From Methanosarcinaceae archaeon (GTDB taxonomy: Archaea; Halobacteriota; Methanosarcinia; Methanosarcinales; Methanosarcinaceae): a DNA stretch of 53,153 nt. The stretch spans positions 1-53,153 of the forward strand of contig JBQVLY010000001.1 of assembly GCA_052361065.1 (NCBI GenBank), read 5' to 3'. This document shows positions 47,241-53,153 of the stretch, in pieces (position 1 is the first letter of the stretch; each line of letters begins with the position of its first letter). The position numbers and the translations under genes were made by a program. Below the pieces are notes generated by a model, which saw nothing but the letters and a program-made list of their open reading frames with translations, ran no database searches and was not told the DNA's origin.

Positions 47241-50066
47241 TCAAGACACCAGCACCCGCTGCAAAAACTCCCCTGTATACGAGGTTTTAACCTGCGCAAT
47301 ATCTTCCGGTGTCCCTTCCGCAAGAACCTCTCCGCCGCCATCCCCTCCTTCGGGTCCAAGATCGATTATCCAGTCTGCGGTTTTAATAACATCCGGATTG
47401 TGTTCAATGACTATGACAGTATTGCCTCCTTCAACCAGTCGCTGTAACACCTCAAGGAGTTTCTTAACATCATCGAAATGGAGCCCTGTCGTTGGCTCAT
47501 CAAGAATATACACTGTTTTTCCTGTTGATCTGCGGCTAAGTTCGGTTGCAAGTTTAACGCGCTGTGCCTCGCCGCCCGATATAGTTGTTGAGGATTGTCC
47601 CAGTTTAATGTAACCCAATCCTACGTCAAATAACGTTTGGAGTTTTTTCTTGATCTTCGGGATGTTACCAAAAAAACCAAGTGCTTCTTCTACAGTCATA
47701 TCAAGGACATCTGCAATCGTTTTTCCTTTGTACTCGATCTCAAGCGTCTCACGGTTATATCGTTTGCTATGGCAGACTTCACACGGTACATACACATCCG
47801 GCAGGAAGTGCATCTCAATAGTAATTATACCATCACCCGAACAAGCCTCACACCTGCCGCCCCGCACATTGAAACTGAACCTGCCGGGTTTGTAACCACG
47901 CGCACGTGCAAGTTGGGTCTGTGCAAAAAGCTCCCGAATTGGTGTGAAAAGATTGGTATAAGTAGCAGGATTTGATCGCGGCGTGCGTCCAATCGGGGAC
48001 TGGTCAATAGTGATAACCTTGTCAACATTCTCAAGTCCGGTTATATTATCGTATTTACCGGGCCGATCACGTGCACGGTGGAGTTTTTGTGCAAGTATCT
48101 TGTTTAAGGTCTCATTTATCAAAGTACTCTTGCCGGACCCTGAAACTCCTGTTATGCAAACCATAACACCAAGCGGAAAATCTACATTGATATTTTTGAG
48201 ATTGTTCTGGGCCGCCCCCATGAGCGTAAGTGTACCTGTTGGACTGCGTCTGGTATATGGAACCTCTATCTTCAACTTTCCGCTCAGGTACTGGCCTGTA
48301 AGTGACTTTTTGTTTGATATTATCTGCTTTGGACTGCCTTGTGCCACAATTTCACCGCCGTGTATCCCTGCCCCTGGTCCCATATCCACTACATGATCGG
48401 CATTTTGTATTGTCTCCTCATCATGCTCGACAACAATGACCGTATTCCCGATATCCCTCAGATGCCTGAGGGTATTTATCAGGCGCAGGTTATCTCTCTG
48501 GTGAAGGCCTATGCTTGGTTCATCAAGAATGTATAGTACACCCATAAGGCTTGAACCTATCTGGGTCGCAAGCCGGATACGCTGCGCTTCACCACCTGAG
48601 AGAGTGCCGGCAGATCTACCAAGCGTAAGATAATCAAGCCCGACATCCATCAAAAATCCGAGTCTGGATTTAATCTCTTTAAGTATGAGATGGGCAATTG
48701 TATACTCGCGATGGGTAAGTTTTGGTTCGAGTTCACTAAAAAAATGAAGTGTATCTTCAACTGACATTTGCGTGATATTTATGATATTTATATTATCTAT
48801 CGTAACTGCCAGACTTGTGGGTTTTAATCGCTTTCCATCACATACATGACAATGTTTTGTATTGATATATTTGCGGACTCTTTCCTTTGTGCCTTCGGAT
48901 TCGGTCCTGTCATGCAGTCGTGACAGATAGGATATAACGCCATGAAAATGACCTTTATGCTCCCATAAACTTCCGCCTCCGCCGGTATGTATGAAAGGGA
49001 TAAGTTCATGTGTTCCATGCAGGATCATTTTCCGGAACCTGGGTTCAAGCTTTCCAAAAGGAACATCCATCGAAAATCCGAAATAGCGGGCAAGGGATGT
49101 GACTGATTGCATGTAATATCCGTCTTTTTTTCCCCACGGTTCGATCGCACCTTCGATAAGGCTTAGCGTTGGATCCGGAACGATTATTTCCGGGTCAAAT
49201 TCCATTGCCGTACCAAGTCCGTGGCATTCCTGACATGCGCCCTGCGGACTGTTAAAGGAAAATGCAGCCGGCTCCAGATCCTCAAATCCAATACCACAGT
49301 CAGGACATGCCAGATTTTCACTGAATATTAGTTCCTCACCGTCAAGTATATGGACAATGATCGTGCCGCCGCCTTTTTCAAGTGCTGTTTCAACTGAATC
49401 GGACAGGCGTTCTTTGATTCCCTCCTTTATGGCAAGCCTGTCAACCACAATCTCAATGTTATGTTTTTGGTAACGTCCGAGTTCAATGGTATCAATGTCT
49501 TCAAGTGATACAACTTCTCCATCGACACGGACGCGGGAATACCCTTCAGTTCCAAGTTCAGCGAGCATTTTGCGGTATTCACCTTTGCGTTCGCGGACAA
49601 GCGGAGCAAGAATATGGATCTTTGTACCCTTTGGAATACCCAATATACTATCAACGATCTGGTCAACACTCTGCGGCTCGATTATCCTGCCGCAGTCGGG
49701 GCAGTGGCGTACTCCTATTCTTGCATAGAGCAGCCGCAGGTAATCGTATATCTCTGTTACCGTCCCAACAGTTGAGCGTGGGTTTTTGCTTGTGGTCTTT
49801 TGCTCGATAGAGATTGCAGGCGATAAACCTTCTATGTACTCAACATCCGGTTTTTCCATGAGCCCCAGGAACTGGCGAGCGTAGGCGGAGAGCGACTCGA
49901 CATATCTTCTCTGCCCTTCCGCATAGATCGTGTCGAATGCGAGGGAAGATTTACCTGAACCGCTAAGTCCGGTTATAACAATAAGTTTGTCGCGCGGGAG
50001 CGTGATATCAATGTTCTTGAGGTTGTGTTCATTTGCGCCTTTTATTACGAGGTTGTTTAATGCCAT
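47241..50066 (-). CDS. uvrA: excinuclease ABC subunit A (UvrA)
   Basis: Two ABC ATPase modules ([28 protein letters not shown] x2) and zinc-finger CxxC pairs. The [19 protein letters not shown] start at 50066 fits homologues; the ORF-track start is 50159. Confidence 0.96.
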   Translation of the reverse strand: MALNNLVIKGANEHNLKNIDITLPRDKLIVITGLSGSGKSSLAFDTIYAEGQRRYVESLSAYARQFLGLMEKPDVEYIEGLSPAISIEQKTTSKNPRSTVGTVTEIYDYLRLLYARIGVRHCPDCGRIIEPQSVDQIVDSILGIPKGTKIHILAPLVRERKGEYRKMLAELGTEGYSRVRVDGEVVSLEDIDTIELGRYQKHNIEIVVDRLAIKEGIKERLSDSVETALEKGGGTIIVHILDGEELIFSENLACPDCGIGFEDLEPAAFSFNSPQGACQECHGLGTAMEFDPEIIVPDPTLSLIEGAIEPWGKKDGYYMQSVTSLARYFGFSMDVPFGKLEPRFRKMILHGTHELIPFIHTGGGGSLWEHKGHFHGVISYLSRLHDRTESEGTKERVRKYINTKHCHVCDGKRLKPTSLAVTIDNINIINITQMSVEDTLHFFSELEPKLTHREYTIAHLILKEIKSRLGFLMDVGLDYLTLGRSAGTLSGGEAQRIRLATQIGSSLMGVLYILDEPSIGLHQRDNLRLINTLRHLRDIGNTVIVVEHDEETIQNADHVVDMGPGAGIHGGEIVAQGSPKQIISNKKSLTGQYLSGKLKIEVPYTRRSPTGTLTLMGAAQNNLKNINVDFPLGVMVCITGVSGSGKSTLINETLNKILAQKLHRARDRPGKYDNITGLENVDKVITIDQSPIGRTPRSNPATYTNLFTPIRELFAQTQLARARGYKPGRFSFNVRGGRCEACSGDGIITIEMHFLPDVYVPCEVCHSKRYNRETLEIEYKGKTIADVLDMTVEEALGFFGNIPKIKKKLQTLFDVGLGYIKLGQSSTTISGGEAQRVKLATELSRRSTGKTVYILDEPTTGLHFDDVKKLLEVLQRLVEGGNTVIVIEHNPDVIKTADWIIDLGPEGGDGGGEVLAEGTPEDIAQVKTSYTGEFLQRVLVS

Positions 50067-50708
50067 ACTGGCATTTGGATGTATGGGGTTGTAGGTAAAA
50101 CTTGCGGTGGCTTGAAGCGGCATTATGTGTAAATGTTGTAGTGATGGTAAAGTCATCAAAGTTCAGCAATATCCTTGTAGGGACGCGCTGAATATTCAGT
50201 AGTGTCCGATGTTTCTTGTAGTATATGATCTATAAGATTATGTAGTCCGAGTTAATCCGACCGTAGGGATATTTTTCCAGATCTATGCACTTAGATATTG
50301 ATAATTCCTTCAATTTTCACGGATATTTCGTAATTCATTCTACCATACACGATGCCCTCCCGATATATTATATTACTTTGATAATTTCAATTGTTAATGC
50401 TAGATTGGTCCCAAATTATTACGGCTGGTTATTATGTCGAATGGTAAATATTAAATATATATACTATTTATTATTACCAATCTAATAATAGTTTCATGTT
50501 TTTAGAGACTTATTAATATATTTCGGATGAAATGAATCATGGCAAAGAAAATTAACCACAAAGGATACAGAGTACACAGAGAATCATTGCTTTTTATCTT
50601 AGTGTCCCTCTGTGTTCCATGTGATTTTACGACCATTCCGGAAGATAATAAAAAGTCTCTGTTTTGATTTATAAACAGGGTTATTGAAAATAGACATAAG
50701 AGGATAAA

Positions 50709-51905
50709 ATGATACGAAATATCAAAGTAGAGCACCTCGTAGAGACTCCGGTGGAAAAGCAACAGATCGAACTTGTAGAGCGAAAAGGTGTCGGGCATCC
50801 TGACAGTATTTCGGATGGACTGGCAGAGGCTGTTAGCCGCGCATTGTGCAAGGAATATATTGAAAAATGCGGAGTTGTGCTTCACCATAATACGGACGAG
50901 ACACAGATAGTGGCAGGACGATCCAATCCACAATTTGGTGGCGGAGAGGTTATAAAACCAATATACACAATGCTTGTTGGGAGGGCCACAAAAGAATTTG
51001 ATGGCCAGGAGATCGCAGTTGAAGCGGTTGCAATTGAAGCGGCTCGCAAATACGTCAAAAACACAATCGCAGATATTAATCTTGAAAGGGATATGATCAT
51101 AGACTGTAAACTCGGAACAGGTTCATCGGATCTCAGGGATGTTTTCAATCGGGAACAGGTTCCATTGGCAAATGACACATCATTTGGTGTGGGTCATTCA
51201 CCGTTCTCTGAACTTGAACAAATAGTTTACAATGCAGAACGGATGCTCATTACAGACCTTAAGAAAAATATCCCGGGTATCGGAGAGGATATCAAGGTCA
51301 TGGGTCTCCGCGATGGTGATGATATGACACTTACGATAGGATGCGGTATGGTGGGTAGGCATGTGGATGACCTCGATCATTACATAAGCATAAAGGAAGA
51401 GATGCAGGATTATGTGGTTGATCTTGCTGGTAAGTATACAGATCGCAACGTTGTTGCTTATGTCAATACTGCAGATAAGATCGATGAGGGGTCAGTGTTT
51501 ATGACAGTAACCGGAACATCTGCAGAGATGGGGGACGATGGATCTGTCGGTCGTGGAAACCGCTGCAATGGATTGATTACACCAAATCGCCCGATGAGCA
51601 TGGAAGCGACCAGCGGAAAGAATCCGATAAACCATGTCGGAAAGATATACAACCTTCTCTCCACCCAGATGGCAAAGGATATTGTAAAAGCGGTTCCTGA
51701 GGTTGAGGATGTATATATAAGGATTCTCTCACAGATCGGTCAGCCGATCGACCAGCCGCTTGTTGCGAGTGCACAAATAATTCCAAAAGAAGGTGAGAAT
51801 TTTGCAGTCATCAGGGCTGAAGCAGAGGTTGTTATCGATGACTGGCTTGCAGATATCACAAAAATTACGGATATGGTGATCAATGGAAAGCTGGATACTT
51901 TCTAA
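50709..51905 (+). CDS. metK: S-adenosylmethionine synthetase, archaeal type
   Basis: 398 aa. [19 protein letters not shown]-terminus typical of archaeal MAT. RBS AGAGGA. Confidence 0.93.
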   Translation: MIRNIKVEHLVETPVEKQQIELVERKGVGHPDSISDGLAEAVSRALCKEYIEKCGVVLHHNTDETQIVAGRSNPQFGGGEVIKPIYTMLVGRATKEFDGQEIAVEAVAIEAARKYVKNTIADINLERDMIIDCKLGTGSSDLRDVFNREQVPLANDTSFGVGHSPFSELEQIVYNAERMLITDLKKNIPGIGEDIKVMGLRDGDDMTLTIGCGMVGRHVDDLDHYISIKEEMQDYVVDLAGKYTDRNVVAYVNTADKIDEGSVFMTVTGTSAEMGDDGSVGRGNRCNGLITPNRPMSMEATSGKNPINHVGKIYNLLSTQMAKDIVKAVPEVEDVYIRILSQIGQPIDQPLVASAQIIPKEGENFAVIRAEAEVVIDDWLADITKITDMVINGKLDTF

Positions 51906-52050
51906 GTGTGTGATCAAAAGCGATATTGGGCGGATAATTGATGTGCTTTGACATCCGGCACCTGCCCGATCATTTTTTTAGTTCAATTTGGCGAAAAGAA
52001 TAAGTACCATTGTGCGTATGGGAATGGTGCATCGCCTATTGTTAACATTG

Positions 52051-52163
52051 ACCCGCCTTAACTCAGTGGTAGAGTGCGCGGCTGTAGTATGGTTCATGCG
52101 ATTTTTGTGTCGCACATACCGCGCAGGCACCGCGATGTCCCCGGTTCGAGTCTGGGAGGCGGG
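52051..52163 (+). tRNA. tRNA-Tyr(GTA) with a 41-nt intron (52087-52127)
   Basis: Hand-folded. Acceptor CCCGCCT/AGGCGGG with the archaeal Tyr C1-G72 pair, D-arm ACTC-AGTGGTA-GAGT, anticodon stem CGCGG/CCGCG, loop CTGTAG|A, T-arm CCCGG-TTCGAGT-CTGGG. Confidence 0.85.
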
Positions 52164-52223
52164 ACCTTTTAACAAAAGGCTTAAATGCAAAAACATGCAT
52201 TATGGTGTGCTTTCAAATAACAT

Positions 52224-52296
52224 GTTCGGATAGTGTAGTGGCCTATCATGGAGCCCTGTCGAGGCTCCGACTCGGGTTCGAATCCCGGTCCGAACG
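52224..52296 (+). tRNA. tRNA-Asp(GTC)
   Basis: GTTCGGA/TCCGAAC acceptor, anticodon arm GAGCC-CTGTCGA-GGCTC, T-arm TCGGG-TTCGAAT-CCCGG. 73 nt. Confidence 0.92.
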
Positions 52297-52677
52297 TTCC
52301 TACTCCTTTTTTATAGTATATAATTTATAATTTTTATATCCACGTAGCAAATCATATAAACGTATCCATTTCAAATCAAAGGGTAATAGACTACATTTTG
52401 TAAATCGAAAGATGCTTCTGCATTTGATTTAAATAATCCGAATATGCATTTCACCCTGCTTTTCGAAGTATATACTAAAAAACATATAAAGTGTATTTGG
52501 AATCAATTTCGACAAATGAGGATGAAATATCCCATCTTGCAGTCGTCGAAGGCCGTTGCCAGCCCCAAGCCTCCTAAGAACGGTACGTAAAAGTTTTCCT
52601 TCATACTGCTCAAAATCCGCCAGCCACCACAGGACACACAGCACCCGGGACAGCTAGCGGTACTAATTTATTTGCAG

Positions 52678-53153
52678 TTAATCAGATATCGCCTCCACAA
52701 GCCCCGGCACCTCTTCATCGCCAGACTTGACTATGATGCTCGATCCCTCGAAATCATCGCCGATAAGCTCGTACCGCCCGCCCAGATGTTCGGCAAGGAA
52801 CGCATCAATCACGGCGTAAAACGAGAGTCTATTCTCAGGTCTGGCAAAGCCGTGTCCTTCGTCTGTGTACAGGATATATGTCACAGGGATGTTTACATCC
52901 TGCATCGCCTGGACGATCTGGTCGGACTCTGCCTGCTTGACACGCGGGTCATTTGCACCTTGGCCGATCAGGAGCGGCTTTTTGATCTGATCCACGTAGG
53001 TCAGTGGGGATCGCCTGGTGAGAAATGCCCTACCCTTTTCTGTTCTGGCATCGCCCATGCGTGTTGCAATTAGCTCGATTTCCGGCTGCCAGTACGGCGG
53101 GATTGTTTCAAATAGTGTTGTCAGATTAGCCGGACCAACAATGTCTACGCCAC
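52678..53153 (-). CDS. S9-family (prolyl oligopeptidase / dipeptidyl peptidase-like) serine peptidase, C-terminal part; gene continues beyond the window
   Basis: The frame is open to the window edge. LLIGQGANDPRV (Asp) and YTDEGHGF (His) are the C-terminal triad motifs of alpha/beta-hydrolase S9 peptidases. Confidence 0.75.
   Translation of the reverse strand, partial: GVDIVGPANLTTLFETIPPYWQPEIELIATRMGDARTEKGRAFLTRRSPLTYVDQIKKPLLIGQGANDPRVKQAESDQIVQAMQDVNIPVTYILYTDEGHGFARPENRLSFYAVIDAFLAEHLGGRYELIGDDFEGSSIIVKSGDEEVPGLVEAISD

Noticed and set aside
47200-48396. + strand ORFs of 112-137 aa
   Set aside because: They are antisense to uvrA (clear ABC ATPase motifs) with Ser/Pro/Thr-rich shadow-frame composition.
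50540-50708. SAM-responsive riboswitch or leader upstream of metK
   Set aside because: Only generic hairpins are visible (CACAGAG...CTCTGTG, CTGTTT...AAACAG). I know of no SAM riboswitch class in archaea, and nothing here resembles one.
50502-50933. 143-aa minus-strand ORF
   Set aside because: It overlaps the start of the archaeal SAM synthetase gene in antisense and extends into its AT-rich upstream region. It is spurious.
51978-52233. 72-aa and 81-aa ORFs
   Set aside because: They overlap tRNA-Tyr and its intron on both strands. The tRNA fold explains the sequence.

Overview
Archaeal chromosome segment. Gene content points to a Methanosarcinales-type methanogen or methanotroph: rnfCDGEAB preceded by a multihaem cytochrome c, archaeal-type SAM synthetase, DtdA, intron-containing tRNAs and P0/P1 stalk proteins. 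There are about 60 genes, mostly on the minus strand and mostly housekeeping. In order: an oxidative-stress cluster (superoxide reductase, rubrerythrin, two flavodoxin-like genes); tRNA-Trp whose intron carries a box C/D guide RNA; a late cobalamin operon cobD-cbiB-cobZ-cobS-cobY; trkA-trkH; grpE-dnaK-dnaJ; a divergent GH15 glucoamylase / GT4 glycosyltransferase pair separated by tandem repeats; a visibly AT-richer four-gene island (19.0-21.4 kb) with three overlapping genes of unknown function; an asparagine-synthetase::Dph6-like fusion; the rnf operon preceded by a cytochrome b, small membrane proteins and the multihaem cytochrome c; ApbE; an MscS-like channel; an aconitase-family large subunit; a CBS protein plus cation/H+ antiporter; a radical SAM gene; the ftsZ-secE-spt5-L11-L1-P0-P1 block; DtdA; a decayed RloB / IS remnant; uvrA; archaeal metK; tRNA-Tyr (with intron); tRNA-Asp; and a partial S9 peptidase at the right edge. 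I saw no rRNA and no CRISPR array. The best candidate for an undescribed system is the translationally coupled three-gene module at 19827-21382 with the adjacent transglutaminase-like protease. The cytochrome b / multihaem cytochrome c / Rnf arrangement and the AsnB::Dph6 fusion come second. All calls come from reading motifs in the supplied translations and DNA. No database search or computation was possible, and GC statements are by eye.
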